A DNA stretch of 64,000 nt from Octopus bimaculoides (GCF_001194135.2 NC_069007.1:11987676-12051675); one strand, 5' to 3'. Shown: positions 1 to 13,592, numbered from the stretch's first letter. Translations and numbers: made by a program. The notes: generated by a model not told the origin, from the sequence alone.

Positions 1-540
1 TGAGCGAGTCATCTTGAATACAGCGATGCAGCACGTTTCGGTGTTTTGTCATCTCTTTGCAAGGGTCAGTGTTTTGAGATCAGCCTTTAGTACTTCATCC
101 CATGTCTTCCTGGATCTCCTTCTTCAACAACTTCCATCCACTTTAAGTGATCAGCACTTCTGTATGCAACTGTCTACATCCGTATACATCACATGACCAA
201 ACCAGTGCAGTCTTCTCTCTTGCACACTGCATATAATTCTGCTTATACCTTACTTCTCAATGCACTAGTGCTCATCCACTGGAGCATGCCAGCTTTGTTC
301 TTCTCTAGTCTTCACATGTCCTCTGCATTCAGGACTCATGTCTCACTACCATGTAGCATTGCAGTTTGTACACATGCATCATACAATCTTCCTTTCATTT
401 AGAAGGAGAGACATTTGGTTGCCAACAGAAGTAAAATTCCCTGAACTTTCTCCATCTAATTCTTATTTAGCAATTACAATTTTAGTACATCCTCCTCCAC
501 TGCCAATTAGGTCGCCTAAATTAGCAGAAATTATCTACTG
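1..540 (-). mobile_element. RTE-clade LINE, decayed 3' coding end
   Basis: Manual minus-strand translation with stops and frameshifts gives LGDLIGSGGGC..IRIRWRKFRE..KGRLYDACVQTAMLHGSET..ERRLHWFGHVM..RSRKTWDEVLKADLKTL. This is colinear with the end of the RT-bearing copy at 43.4-45.4 kb. Confidence 0.9.
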
Positions 541-719
541 CATCTAGAATGGCTCCAGGACATTTGAGGAAATCAGTTTCCTTCGTATTTCTAGTCTTTA
601 TGGTTCTTGTAATCTTCCATGTACAAACACTAATTTGTTTGTTAACCTTCTTACTATTACACACACATATGCACATTTGTAGTCTATGTTTAAAATTAAA
701 GTTTAGATAGACTTTAAAA

Positions 720-800
720 CAGGGGTGGGGGAAACCCTCCGCCCACAGATGCAATTGTGCCCACGAGCCCATTTTATTTTGCCTGCAGGCTGATATACAC
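720..800. mobile_element. hAT (Charlie-like) transposon end, solo
   Basis: CAGGGGTGGGGGAAAC...GCCCACGAGCCCATTTTATTTTGCCTGCAGG resembles hAT MITE termini. No partner TIR was found. Confidence 0.5.
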
Positions 801-1177
801 CCATATACAAAATATAGTAAATTTCTCAATTATAAAATTTATACAATATTCATATGCCAATTTGTGATACAGTTCGCATTTCCACTATGATTTTAAAACT
901 GTTAGAATCGAACAGAAAGTGTCCAGTAATTGCCATTTGAATGGAAATTTTGTTACTACTATAAAACGCATATTTCTAGATTTGTACCACCACCTTCAAA
1001 CCCAACTACCCTCTTGCTGGAAAATATAAAACACCTCATAAGTAATATAAACATCCTAAATTCAGAGGCAGCTTTAATGAAGATGTTATGCATTAAATTA
1101 ACATGTTAAACTTATCTTTATTAATGTATGTCGAATTATAGATAGATATATACAAAATTTACACAGATATAAGAGCT

Positions 1178-1413
1178 TGAAGGCGACGAGCTGGCAGAAA
1201 CATTAGCACACCGGACAAAATGCTTAGCGGTATTTCGTCTGCCATTACGTTCTGAGTTCAAATTCCGCCAAGGTCGACTTTGCCTTTCATCCTTTCGGGG
1301 TCGATAAATTAAATACCAGTTACGCACTGGGGTCGATGTAATCGACTTAATCCCTTTGTCTGTCCTTGTTTGTCCCCTCTATGTTTAGCCCATTTAGGGC
1401 AATAAGGTAATAA
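1178..1413 (+). mobile_element. tRNA-derived SINE, family A, with TSD
   Basis: A-box-like GAGCTGGCAGAA, B-box GAGTTCAAATTCC, and body GCCTTTCATCCTTTCGGGGTCGATAAATTAA. A 13-bp TSD AGATATAAGAGCT lies at 1165-1177 and 1414-1426. Confidence 0.92.
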
Positions 1414-1689
1414 AGATATAAGAGCTAGAACTAGTGATGCTCCCATGGACCTTTTTCTTTGGAAATTTTTACCTGCCGCACTATAGTTTCCTCACTCCTG
1501 CTATAAAATGTAGTATTCAAATCTTATTTTTGGGTGTGTCCCTTGTAGTTTGCCTTGAAAGTACATTCACCACATGTGGCTACCAGGCCTCATCCGCGAT
1601 TCTGCACTTTAGTCACAGGATCTGCGTATGGAATTCCTTGGTGCTCGTTTAGTATATTTTAAATAATTGATACAGAAGACAAAGTGTAC

Positions 1690-2035
1690 TCTAAGCTTTA
1701 GTTGAATAAATCAACCCCAGGACCCATTCCCTGTAAGCTCAGTACTTATTCTGTCGGTCTTTTGTTGAACCGCTATGTTATGGGGAGGTAAACACCCCAA
1801 CATCGGTTGTCAAGTGATGGTGTGGGTGGGAACAAACAAAGACACACACACAAATACATATATATATATATGTATACAACAGACTTCTTTCAGTTTCCAT
1901 CTACCAAATCCACTCACAAGGCTTTGGTCAGCCTGAGGTTATAGTAGAAGACACTTGCCCAAGGTGCCACGCAGTGGGACTGAACCCGAAACCATGTTGG
2001 TTGAGAAGCAAGCTACTTACTACACAGCCACTCCT
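1690..2035 (-). mobile_element. CORE-like tRNA SINE, family B
   Basis: Reverse complement reads GTGGCTGTGTAGTAAG..GGGTTCAGTCCCACTGCGTGGCACCTTGGGCAAGTGTCTTC..GAAACTGAAAGAAG, then a (TG)n linker and the 3' module. Other copies lie near 7520, 12930, 21380, 29285, 33123, 35040, 42935, 49380, 51330-53260 and 62960. Confidence 0.88.
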
Positions 2036-2084
2036 GCATCTATATATATTTATATATAACCATCTACATTACTATTGCCAGTAT

Positions 2085-2970
2085 CATCATCATCGTCATC
2101 ATCATCATCGTCATCATCATCATCGTCATCATCATCATCGTCATCATCATCATGATCATCTTCACCACTACCACTATCACTACCATCACCAGTAACTTTC
2201 TAGAAATAGCAGCCAAATCTCCCTCTTCTTATACCACCCTGCCATCTTTAAAACAAGGACATGTTGGATAATAATATTCAGCATTTCCTACTCAAAAGAA
2301 GCAAAAAGTGGGATGGTCATCGATGGATTGCCTTTGATCATTGGATTCTTGATTCCGATCGGTACAGCCTTGGGCTAAACAACAGGAGCAGTAACATCAC
2401 CTCCACCATCATTGTCCTATGTGGTGAGTTTCCTGTGTATAAGAAAACAGATTGGATGGTCACGGCTGGAATGTCTATGATCATAGATGGTCTGTTTGAT
2501 AAGAAGTAATCGGGGGTTAAATAACAGCAGCAACATCATCAGCACTACTATCAGCATTAACACCAACAACAACAAATGCCAACAATATATCATCAACCCA
2601 ACACTACCCTCTCACACCCCTACTACCAAACCATGTTTTGTCCCCACCCCTACCTTCCATCAACCAACCATCACCACCAAATCACTGTCCCCCCTTCCCC
2701 ACTCTCATCATCTTCCCTACTACCATCACCACTACCATCACCATCACTGCCACCACAACTACCACCACCACCACCATAACCACTATCACAACCACCACCA
2801 CCACAACCATCACAATCACCATCAGCACCACCACAACTACCACCACCACCACCATAACACAACAACCACCACCACAACCACCATCATCACCACCATCATC
2901 ACCATCACCGCCACCACAACTACCACCACCACCACCATAACACAACAACCACCACCACAACCACCATCAT
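2085..2970. repeat. (CAT)n/(CAC)n low-complexity tracts with higher-order units
   Basis: A 15-bp CATCATCATCATCGT unit at about 2087-2150, and a duplicated ~80-bp ACC-rich unit at about 2840-2970. These explain the poly-His/Thr ORFs. Confidence 0.9.
2195..2530 (+). repeat. Dispersed repeat family E, two partial copies
   Basis: Motifs CTAGAAATAGCAGCCAAATCTC and GGATGGTCA(T/C)GGCTGGAATG..TGATCATAG..GGGG(C/T)TAAA recur near 32120, 58335 and (reversed) 60110. Class undetermined. Confidence 0.6.
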
Positions 2971-3419
2971 NNNNNNNNNNNNNNNNNNNNNNNNNNNNNN
3001 NNNNNNNNNNNNNNNNNNNNNNNNNNNNNNNNNNNNNNNNNNNNNNNNNNNNNNNNNNNNNNNNNNNNNNNNNNNNNNNNNNNNNNNNNNNNNNNNNNNN
3101 NNNNNNNNNNNNNNNNNNNNNNNNNNNNNNNNNNNNNNNNNNNNNNNNNNNNNNNNNNNNNNNNNNNNNNNNNNNNNNNNNNNNNNNNNNNNNNNNNNNN
3201 NNNNNNNNNNNNNNNNNNNNNNNNNNNNNNNNNNNNNNNNNNNNNNNNNNNNNNNNNNNNNNNNNNNNNNNNNNNNNNNNNNNNNNNNNNNNNNNNNNNN
3301 NNNNNNNNNNNNNNNNNNNNNNNNNNNNNNNNNNNNNNNNNNNNNNNNNNNNNNNNNNNNNNNNNNNNNNNNNNNNNNNNNNNNNNNNNTACTATTATTA
3401 TTATTATTATTATTGTTAT

Positions 3420-3960
3420 TGAGTGAGAGAGCAGTGCATGCCATCAAAGTGACACTGGGGTAAAATATACAAAGCCCAATATACCCATCATGACTACCCG
3501 TCTGATAAGGGTACACCAGGCACATGCATCACAACCTTATGTGTGTAACATGGTGATCTCATATCAAAATAAACAGCACATGACCTTGAAGGTGGGGCCC
3601 AGTTAGAATTTTCTTCAGTTCAAATAGCCCATCTGCTCAAAAGGTCCCTGAATAAGGTTTGTTTAAGGATGGGGAATAAAACGGCCATGTTTCCAGAGGT
3701 GAATTATTTAAACCCCAAACAATTTCTCTCAACCCATGGCTAGGATGCTCCCCAACTACTTCTGCTCATGATCAGAGATGCACATATCGTCAACCACTAA
3801 GGGTCATGCTCAACTGGTTACGGTCAAATAACTGACAAGCAAATCTGTGGTATTGAGCAGAATATTTGTTGTAGGCCATCTTTTATACCAAGACAAAACA
3901 ATGTACATGAAAACACTTTCAATCAATTAAGATCAGAAGCCATGAGGGCCACTGCCTGGA
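3420..3960 (-). mobile_element. Non-coding retroposon 3' fragment with (AAT)n tail
   Basis: A ~540-bp complex non-coding block abuts a (TAT)n tract, which reads as an (AAT)n tail on the minus strand. No reading frame was recognised. Confidence 0.45.
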
Positions 3961-4897
3961 ATTGAAAGAGTCTTGGAGAAAAATACTCAGGGAAGAAGCA
4001 ATAATTACTAAACCTTAATGACAGGTACAAAGAATGTTTTATAAATATTATGGCATGTTAAACCAATGTGGGAGTTGTGTTGATGGCTGGTAGGGGTGTT
4101 GCAAAGATTTTGTGGCCAGGAGTGTTGAAAAAGACAGCAAGAGATGTTTAACTATTTTAATGAATGCTAGAAGTTTATTACTTGTGGAAATAAGCACACA
4201 CACACATACATGCTAGGAAGGGTAGGTCTGTGTTAGGAAGGGCATCCTGTTGTCAAAATCAGGCCAAAGCAGGCACTGGAGCACAATGCAGTCCTTGGAC
4301 ACATCAGATTCTGTCAAACCATCGAACCAATGCCAGCATGGAACATGGATATTATATGATGGTGGTGATGGTGGTGGTGGAGCTGCTAGTTTTGAAGGTG
4401 TGGGTTAACATTGTCATAGCCATGATGATCATGAAGATGGTGGTGGTGGTGGTGGTGGTTGACATTGTCGTAGTCATGATGATGATGATGATGTTGATGG
4501 TTATGATGACAAAAGTGTGATACAACAGGCTTCTATACATTTTCTCTTCACCAAATTCTCTGCTAAAAGATACTTGCCCAAGATGTCACACCATAGCATG
4601 GTTCCTGAGACTATGCATGTCTCAGTTGCCAAGTAAACTTTGTAACCACACAACCAGCCAACCAAGCCTGGGTCTCCCAATAAACAGTTTCAAACTAAAA
4701 GAAATTGATTTGCTGCAACGAAGTGGAAGAATTGAACTTGTTGAACAAAACCCTGATCGTTGGGGCAGCATGAGTCACTTTACATCATAATATTGTCTTC
4801 AATAAAAAAAATATTATTCTTGAATTGGGATCAATTTCAGTTGATTATATTGAACTCTGGACAACTTGTGGCTATAGATCTACCCAAGAAATCAATA

Positions 4898-5515
4898 TTA
4901 AGGCAGTGAGCTGGCAGAAACGTTAGCACACCGGGCAAAATGCTTAATGGTATTTCGTCTGTCTTTACTTTCTGAGTTCAAATTCCACTCAGGTTGACTT
5001 TGCCTTTCATCCTTTTGGGGTCGATAAATTAAGTACCAGTTGCATACTGGCATCGATCTAATCGACTGGGCCCCCTCCCGAAAGATTTCAGGCCTTGTGC
5101 CTAGAGTAGAAAAGAATTATTAGCATGCCAGACAGAATACCTAGTAGTATTTCATCTGTCTGCACGTTCTGGGTTCAAATTCCACCGAGGTCGACTTTAC
5201 CTGTCATCCTTTCAGGGGTCGATAAATTAAGTACCAGAGAAACACTGTAGTTGATGTAATCGACTTGCACCCTCCCCCATCCCCAAATTCCTGGCCTTGT
5301 GCTAAAATTTAAAACCAACATTAACAGCAGTTAAAGGCAGCAAGTTGGTAGAATGGTCAGCACTCTGGGAAAAACGCCTAGCGGCATTTCTTCTCTCCTT
5401 ATGTTCTGAGATCAAATTTTGCTGAGGTCAACTTTACCTTTCATCCTTTGGGGGGAAAGGGTCAATAAAATAAGTATCAGTTGAGAACTGGGGGTCAGTG
5501 TAATCAACTTACCCT
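4898..5515 (+). mobile_element. Three head-to-tail family A SINE copies
   Basis: The GAG/GGTTCAAATT(C/T)C..CTTT..TCATCCTT..GGTCGATAAA core recurs at about 4975, 5170 and 5405. Confidence 0.88.
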
Positions 5516-5554
5516 ATATGTAGCAGTTTTAATAAGCACAAAGAGGTTCCCACC

Positions 5555-5690
5555 CAGTACACCGTGTGGAGTGGTTGGCATTAGGAAAGAACTCCCAGGT
5601 GTAGAAACCATGCCAGCACAGACAATGAGACCTGATCAAACCGTCCAACCCATGCTAGCATGGAAAACGAATATTAGATGATGATGATGT
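5555..5690 (+). mobile_element. RTE 3' tail element (family C)
   Basis: GAGTGGTTGGCATTAGGAA..TAGAAAC..CCGTCCAACCCATGCTAGCATGGAAA..(GAT)n. Confidence 0.75.
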
Positions 5691-6736
5691 GTTGTGTAGC
5701 TGGTGCCTTCTGTTGCATGGGTTATGTGGATGTTGTTTGCATGCTGTCACTAACACAGTGTCCTCTCAGCAACACTGTATCACATTCATAACTAAAATAC
5801 TTAGCTGTCAACAGCCCAGTCCACCTAGTTGTAAGTAGGTACCACAGGTTTTTTTTCCCCCCTATAATATCCACTTCAGTGATTTGGTGAACTCAGATGA
5901 AATTCTGCCAAAACAAAAGATAACTGCTATAGATCTGATTTCTCTCCGGGGGTAGATTTAGCTCATATCCTAACATGGCCATCTCATATTTTATTCAGGC
6001 ATATCTTTCTCTCTTCTGCACCAATATATCGTTCCAAGACCAACAGGTTGATCCAGTTGCCTTCCAAGAATGGCAAGAATTCTACCAAAATATCTCATCC
6101 CAGAATCCCATAATTCCATCTCAATGGCTTTAGATCACTGATCCACACCACACACATCCATACAACACAATTCCACATTCATCAATGATATTAGTTTTAG
6201 TTGATCATGTGTTGTGGTGTTCATGCTGATCTACAACTTATTCGTCTTTACTAATTGTGCTGTTGCTATTTTAATTGACCTCTTTCTTTTAGTTACATAG
6301 TTTTACTAATTAGATTCACTAATTAATTGATTCCAGAAGAAGATTTTTCAATTCAGACTGTCTCCATATTAGTGTTGTTTATTTCGCAGTTTTTTTTTTG
6401 GAAGATTCTTAGCATGTGTGAGATAATTACTGAAGGTAAAATGATAAGAAGGAATCCAAGAATAGATTGGTTAAACAAAAAAGAGATGTTGACATGGTTC
6501 TGTGGTTAAGAAGCTCAATTTTCAACCTCATTACATGGCATTTTGGGTCAGATTCTTCTACTGTAGCCCTTGGCTAACAAAATCCTTGTGAGTTGATTTG
6601 GAAGGCAGAAATTGAAAGAAACATCATGTGTGTGTGTGTGTATTTTTTCATCAATATTTAACAGCAGCAACAGAGTGACTCAGGGGCCAGGAGTTTCGTG
6701 TGTTGGCATTTACCAGTCTAGCTTCTGCTAAATATT

Positions 6737-6881
6737 CTTTTCTACTCTAGGCACAAGTATGTGCCGAAATTATGGCAAGTGGGGGCCGGTCAATTAGATC
6801 ATCCCCAGTACGTGACTGGTACTTAATTTATCAACCCCAAAAGGATGAAAGGCAAAATCAACCTTGGCAGAATTTGAACTC
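6737..6881 (-). mobile_element. 5'-truncated family A SINE with 17-bp TSD
   Basis: TSD AGCTTCTGCTAAATATT at 6720-6736 and 6882-6898. The copy is truncated at the B-box. Confidence 0.88.
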
Positions 6882-7732
6882 AGCTTCTGCTAAATATTAA
6901 TAGAAATATACATACTCATATTTTGGCTTTTTTGTCCTTTGCATCGCCATACCTGTGTGTGTGTGTGTTTGAATGGCTGTAAGCATGCTTGAGTTTGTAA
7001 CTCCTTGTCTTGACATTGTGTTGTAGTTGTAAACAAGAGTCACCTTCATACAAGAGTGGCATCATTTGTTTCCAAACTTCTGTGAAAACTGAAGCCATGG
7101 CGATTTATCACCACAATCAGTGGTATAAAAGATGTACTTTTTCCCCCTAAGATGTCTCAAAAATACCACCCTGGGTACTCTTTGCAAAGTTGGGCTTCTT
7201 ATAAGCTTTAATGTCCTCAATACATTTTCTCCCCCTAATACATGCTGTTGAAATTGGGTACCTTTAATATGTCCAGGTCTTTTTATGCCATCAAATATAG
7301 TACCTGGCTTGGAAACAAGTGAAGGTTGGTGACAGGAGAGGCACCCATCCATAGAAAATCTGTCTCAACAAACTCTATTAGACCCATGCAAACATGGAAA
7401 TAGGACGTTAAAAAGTGGTGGTGGTGGCGATGATGATGATGATGATGGGCTGGTATGAGATTATTAGAATGCCTTCAGAAATCTCAAGACAGAGAAGGGT
7501 GTGAAATACTGGTAAAAAAATGACTGTGTGATAAGCTTGCTTCCCAACCACATGGCCCTGGGTTCAGTTTCACTGCACAGCAGCTTGGGCAAGTGTCTTC
7601 TACTATGGTCTCAGTTCGACCAAAGCCTTGTGAGTAGATTTGTTAGTTGGAAACTGAAAGAAGCCCATCGTATACATACATACATACATATGTGTGTGTG
7701 TGGTATATATACATACATGTATATATATATTC

Positions 7733-7945
7733 TTTTCTACTCTAGGCACAAAGCCCGAAATTTTTGGGGAGGAGACCAGTCAATTATATCGACCTCAGTA
7801 CACAACTGGTAATTAATTTATCGACCCTGAATGGATGAAAGGCAAAGTCAAGCTCAGTGGAATTTGAACTTAGAACGTAAAGACAGACGAAATGCTGCTA
7901 AGCATTTTGCCCAGTATGCTAACGTTTCTGCCAGCTTTCCACCTT
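7733..7945 (-). mobile_element. Family A SINE in a TA tract
   Basis: Full reverse-complement A-family motif set, flanked by (TA)n. Confidence 0.85.
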
Positions 7946-7974
7946 TAGATATTTATATATATATATATTATTAT

Positions 7975-8430
7975 GTATGGAACATGTGGAAGAGGTAGAC
8001 CCAGGAAGACCTGGGATGAGGTGATGAAGCATGACCTTTGAACATTGGACCTCACCGAGGTAATGACAAGTGACTGAGACCTTTGGAGATATGCTGTGCT
8101 TGAGAAGACCCGGCAAGCCAAGTGAGACCATAACCGTGGCCTATGCCAGTGTTGTATAACCAGCCTATTTAAGAGTACCTTTCAATCATTGGACAATAAA
8201 CTACGCTTGTGAAAACCTGTTGAGGCAATGTAATCGCTGTTGTGGCCTATGACAGTACTGCCTGATTGGCACCCATGCCAATGGAATGTTAAAAGTACCA
8301 TTCAAGCGTGATCATTGCCAGAGCCACTGACTGACTCCCGTGCCTGTGGCACGTAAAAAGCACCATTCGAGTGTGGTCATTGCCAGTGTCGGCTGACTGC
8401 TTCCCATGCCGGTGGCACCAAGTCATTAGA
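7975..8430 (+). mobile_element. RTE LINE C-terminus plus modular 3' UTR
   Basis: Translates GTCGRGRPRKTWDEVMKHDL*TLDLTEVMTSD*DLWRYAVLEKTRQAK*, followed by repeated TGCCAG..CTGACTG..GTGGCAC modules. Confidence 0.88.
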
Positions 8431-9895
8431 ACTTGGCATCAAAAACAACACTTTCATTGCACTCTTTCTACAATATCTTCATATTCTCAGTTCAATTCCT
8501 ACTCAGGTTAGTAACGCTGGGCCAAGACCACCAGAGACCAGGGAGAAGTGGGAATTTCAGAGGGAAGAATTTGAAGGTCATTGAAATGACACTTCAAAGT
8601 AATTATATCGTTAGCTCAACGCCCTCCCAGGAAATTCCAAATGGGAGACGTTTCCTCGCTTCATTGATTTATTTCTTCTTCTCCAATTTGGCGGCAGCAG
8701 ATTTTCGACTTTTGACTTTTATCAAATGAACGACAGGAATCGGCCTGAATCTATAAGAAAAATCAATTCTTATTATTACTGCTCGTTTGTTTGTATGTTT
8801 TTTAGCATCATCGATGCGAGAGAGAGAGAGAGGGAGAGAGGGAGAGAGAGAGAAAGAGAGGGAGAGAGAGAGAGAGAGAGAGAGACTGTACATACACACA
8901 CACATGTTCATACACACATATCTGTTAATGCAATCGAGTGTGTTCAAACACATACACCAACACATTCATACACACATTTATACAAACATAGACATACACA
9001 TGTACATAGACAGCCACACACACACACATATGTACACTGGCACACACACACACATGCACATACACATACACAAATATACACACGCACACATACTCATACA
9101 CAGACACACATGAACACATACACAAAGCTACACACAGACATACACATACATGCACAAATACACACATACACCCACACACTGACTCACACACACCCGTACA
9201 CACAGTCACACACACATACACAGTCTCACACACACACACAAGCATATAGCCAAACACATACACAGACACACACACACACCTACACAATCCCAGAGATTGA
9301 CTATTTTCGATCTGTATTTGAAAAGTTTCATCTTTTGGTTCAAGTTGAAACACAATGATGTTGGAGTGGGTGGTGGAGAGGTTGGTGGTAGTGGTGGTGG
9401 CAGCTTTCCTGTTGATAATGTTTTGGTAGTGGTAGGGGTGGTGGTGTTGATGGTGATGTGGTGCCAGTCATGATGGTCGTAGAAGTGATGCTGGAGAGAC
9501 GAAGGTGATGATGATGATGATATACAGCAGTGATAGTGGTGAAAGTAGTGGTGGTCGTGGTCGTAGTCATGGTGAAAGTAACGATGCTGATGATGGTGGT
9601 GGTGGTGGTGGTGTGAGTGTGTTGCAGATGCGGTGCTGATCATAATGTCCTTGACAGCTATGGGGGTGGTGATGATGGTGGCATTGATGATGATGTTGTT
9701 GTTGTTGAAGAGGGCAGGTGGGTGGGGACAGAAAGATTGGTGCATAGAACAAACTGCTTCATGGTATTTGGCTACATCCCTTTAGGATTTCAGTTCAAAG
9801 CTCTCGAAGTTTCACCTTGCTTTTCATCTTCCAAGATGACCTTGTACCAAACTTAGAAATCATTATTATTATTGTGATTATTATTATTATTATTA

Positions 9896-10082
9896 AGGTG
9901 ACAAGCTGGCAGAATCGTTAGTGCACCAGGCGAAATGCTTAGCTGCATTTTGCCTGTCTTCACATTCTGAGTTCAAATGCCACCAGGGTTGATTAAATAA
10001 GTGCCAGTTACGTACTGAGGTTGATGTAATTGACTTCATCTCTTCCCCTAAATTTGAGGCCTTGTGCTTCCAGTAGAAAGAA
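9896..10082 (+). mobile_element. Family A SINE with internal deletion
   Basis: AAGGTGACAAGCTGGCAGAATCGTTAG..GAGTTCAAATGCC..GGCCTTGTGC..GTAGAAAG. Confidence 0.8.
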
Positions 10083-10360
10083 TAATTATTATTATTATCA
10101 TTTTACATTCTCAGAACGTTCAGTCTTGTTTGTTCTGGTAGATTCTTATGGGAGCAGACAGCAGCCTGTTGTCAGGGGTTTCAAAGGGTCTCTTTCCACA
10201 CATTATAAGCTTTGATACTTGATTGTTAATTATCATGGGAGGCATTCAACATCCAAGAACCAATCTCAAAATCCTTACTGTCCCCAGCAGAGCAGTTTTT
10301 TGGGCTACTATGCTCTCATGCAAATTCCAAATTATTATCATTATTATTATTATTATTATT

Positions 10361-10411
<51 letters not shown>

Positions 10412-10549
10412 GTCATCATCATCATCATCAATAATATTAATATCCCTATTTGTTCTTTTTGTATGTATCTGGCATGTGTGTCACACTTACTTCAAAGAAG
10501 AAGTGAGTGGCAAAACGTGAGATAGGAGGACATAGAGAGAGAGAAAGTG

Positions 10550-10690
10550 AGAGAGTGAAAGAGACAGTGAGTGGTGACGGGGTTCGTTTTGTGTTTTTAA
10601 ATGTTTCAGAGAAGAAGTAAGAGAGAAGGAGAGAGAGAATGAGAGTGAAAGAGACAGTGACGGTGTTTGTTTTGTATTTTTAAATGTTTA
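10550..10690. repeat. Local direct duplication (~55 bp unit)
   Basis: GAGAGTGAAAGAGACAGTGA..GTTTTGT(G/A)TTTTTAAATGTTT occurs twice, about 90 bp apart. Confidence 0.85.
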
Positions 10691-11149
10691 TCACATTGCA
10701 AGAAAAGTTGATACACAGGTCAAGACCGAGAAAGGAAAGCCTCAGACATTTATAATAACAGTAAGACTGAGATACGATCGATCTTTTCTAACTTCTTTAC
10801 TTTTGACAATGAAGAAGAGGGGAAAAACATTTAGTAATAAATAGAGGGAAACTCTTTCAGGTGTTTACGTTTTTATTCTGAGAATTCTAGAATGACCAGG
10901 TGTTAGTTCTCCCTTCTTTCCTCCACCACCCGATACTTAGTCACCTTCCTTCATAGTTCTTCATATCTTAGTTGGGGGGAAAGACCATGTTTGTTTGTTT
11001 TCAGGCATGTTTAATGTTTTCTCCAGAAACTACAAACAAGCCCCCCCCCCACTCCCTTCCATTTACTTTCATACATTTTAGCCCTTGATAGAAAAAGTGG
11101 GATTAGTGCACATGGGAATACATCTGTATCTGGCACTTGTGCCCGTGAC

Positions 11150-11450
11150 ATGTGTAAGGGTTTTCGGGCAAGATCGTTGCCAGTGCCCCTGGACTGGCTC
11201 TAGTGTGGGTGGCACATAAAATACACCATTTTGAGCGTGGCCGTTGCCAGTACCGCCTGACTGGCCTTCGAGCGGGTGGCACGTAAAAGCACCCACTACA
11301 CTCTCTGAGTGGTTGGTATTAGGAAAGGCATCCAGCTGTAGAAACTCTGCCAAATCAGATTGGAGCCTGGTGTTGCCATCCGGTTTCACCAGTCCTCAGT
11401 CAAATCTTCCAACCCATGCTAGCATGGAAAGTGGACGTTAAATGATGATG
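11150..11450 (+). mobile_element. RTE 3' UTR/tail (family C), young subfamily
   Basis: UTR modules plus the tail are near-identical to those at 21785-22110. Confidence 0.88.
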
Positions 11451-12599
11451 ATGATATATCTGTGCAAAAGCAGAGGCTGAGCAAGATGCAGTCATACTGT
11501 CCAACCCATGCCAGTACGGAACATGGGATATTAAATGATGTCGATGAAGATGGTATGAGAGTGTGTGTCTATGTATTTTGTTTAAGCAAATAACTGGAGA
11601 CAGCAAAAGCTACCTTCAATGTTCTCTATCTAAATGCTGCACCTGATGCACATCTGGTGCATCTGCAATGCACAATAGATGGTAGTGTGTAAGTGCACCA
11701 AAAGAAATACGAATGTGCAAAACAAAAACTATGCATGCACAAAAATAGCAAAGATATTTTTGTTCGGAGCCGACCAATCTTTGTTCAAAACTTTCAGTGC
11801 TATAAATGGTGAAAGTTAACAGTGCTATGTTTAAACCTCAACTGTTTCTTACTTAAGCAAAATTTCGTAATTCTATAAAAACTCAAATAATCTTATAATC
11901 TGAAGAGCATATTTTCTACCACCCTCCACACTGACAGACATGCACAAATACACACTCTCCTTTTCTCTCCCTCTCTCTCTCGATCTCTGCAGTAAGGCTT
12001 TCATATTGTTATGGGAGAATCCTGTATACCCCCAAGTGACTGAAGGTGGATTAATGGATTTACATAAATAAAGAACTGTGTGACCTGTCAGGGGTAGTTG
12101 ACAATGTTGGTCGACCATATTGGTTTCTGAGTTAGTGTGATGTGTTTTGGTTAAATATCGTATCTACGTTCGAGTAGTATGAAGTGCGTTCTGTGTGAAC
12201 ATAATAATTCTGCAATGGGTTATTTCCAGATAACCACTTTCCAAATATTTATTTGGGTAATTTTCTTTACACCATTCATGTACACACGTCATAACACATA
12301 TATATTTGGTCCCAGGACCCATTCAGTCAATTCAGGATCTGAAATACGTCACAAAACGGTTCTACATGACTTGTGAGACTATACAAAGATGCAGATCTTT
12401 CAATACAAAGGGATGAGCAAGGATGTTTTACAAAAAAAATGTAAAAGATTAGTTTGAAATATTTCTTCTTCCTTATGTGCCTTGGCCTTCAGATGTTGGC
12501 AATAATAGATGTCTTCTCTATCCTGTCGTATCACACAAATTAATTATCGAGTGTCTTTCTATAATCAGCTGGTATAAGGCCATCAACTATTTTCTCTCT

Positions 12600-12722
12600 C
12601 TCTTTCTATCTATCTATTGATCTATTTATCTATCCATCTATCTATCTATCTACCTATCAATCCATCTATCTATCTACCTATTAATCCATCTGTCTATCTA
12701 TCTCTCTATCTACCTACCCATC

Positions 12723-12778
<56 letters not shown>

Positions 12779-12920
12779 CCTCTATATATCCATCTATCTA
12801 TCTACCTGTCTATCAATCCATCTATCTATCTGTCTATCTATCTACCTGTCTATCAATCCATCTATCTATCTGTCTATCTATCTATCTATTTATCTGTCTA
12901 TCTATCTATCTTTCTATCTA
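12600..12920. repeat. (TATC)n microsatellite
   Basis: Direct reading. A similar tract lies at 17855-18135. Confidence 0.95.
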
Positions 12921-13413
12921 TCTTTTACCTTTCATGTTTCAGTCATTAGATTGTGGCCATGCTGGGGCACTGCTTTGAGGAATTTCTTTTTAGTCAAACT
13001 TATCAACTCCAATACTTATTTCTTTTTACACCTGGTACTTATTCTAATGTTTTCTTTGCTGAGCTGCTAGGTTACAGGGATGTAAACACACAAACACTGA
13101 TTGTCAAGTGGTGGAGACAAGCATAGATACAAAGACACACAAGACGAGAGTCTTTCAGTTTCCCTCTACTAAATCCATTCGTTGACCTGAGGCTAGACAT
13201 TTGCCCAAAGTGCCATGCAGAGGGACTGAACCCGGAACCATGTAGTTAGGAAGCAACCTTCTTACCGCACAGCCACACCTACACCTATGTATTTATTCTC
13301 CCTTTCAGTTTTCCAGTCATTAAATATTCATGACATCATCTTCGCATATAGACAGTGCCCAACTGACCCTAATATACTGTGTAGTCGATAATATCAAAAA
13401 CAAACAACGAATA

Positions 13414-13585
13414 TACAGGGTGTAATGGGTAAATTGTCTCCATTTTCTATTTTTGATTTTGTACATGTGCATTGTTTGTTTTCGATTTTGTCAACTACAC
13501 AGTATAGTAGGATCAGTTGGGTACCGTCTGTGACAAAAACCTTTTTATGTAATTTTGCGTAATTTAGGTGACAGTTTATTCACCG

Positions 13586-13592
<7 letters not shown>
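13414..13592. mobile_element. Tc1/mariner-type MITE
   Basis: Begins TA-CAGGGTGTAATGGGTAAATTGTCTCC. Ends with a degraded inverted copy (GGTGACAGTTTATTCACCGCAACA-TA) running into (TA)n. Confidence 0.55.

Noticed and set aside
2487-3525. Long ORFs (311 aa, 201 aa) rich in His/Thr/X
   Set aside because: They are produced by trinucleotide microsatellites and read-through of N-gaps. The same applies to ORFs at 8726, 20385, 36800-37564, 48160, 50323 and 59261.
6325-6365. Hammerhead-like CCAGAAGAAG..TTCAGACTGTC; similar weak motifs near 9300 and 41880
   Set aside because: Multiple core mismatches and no convincing stems.
10610-10616. 7-nt microexon-like pattern tttcag|AGAAGAA|gtaaga
   Set aside because: Not frame-preserving, lies in a local duplication and is easily explained by chance.
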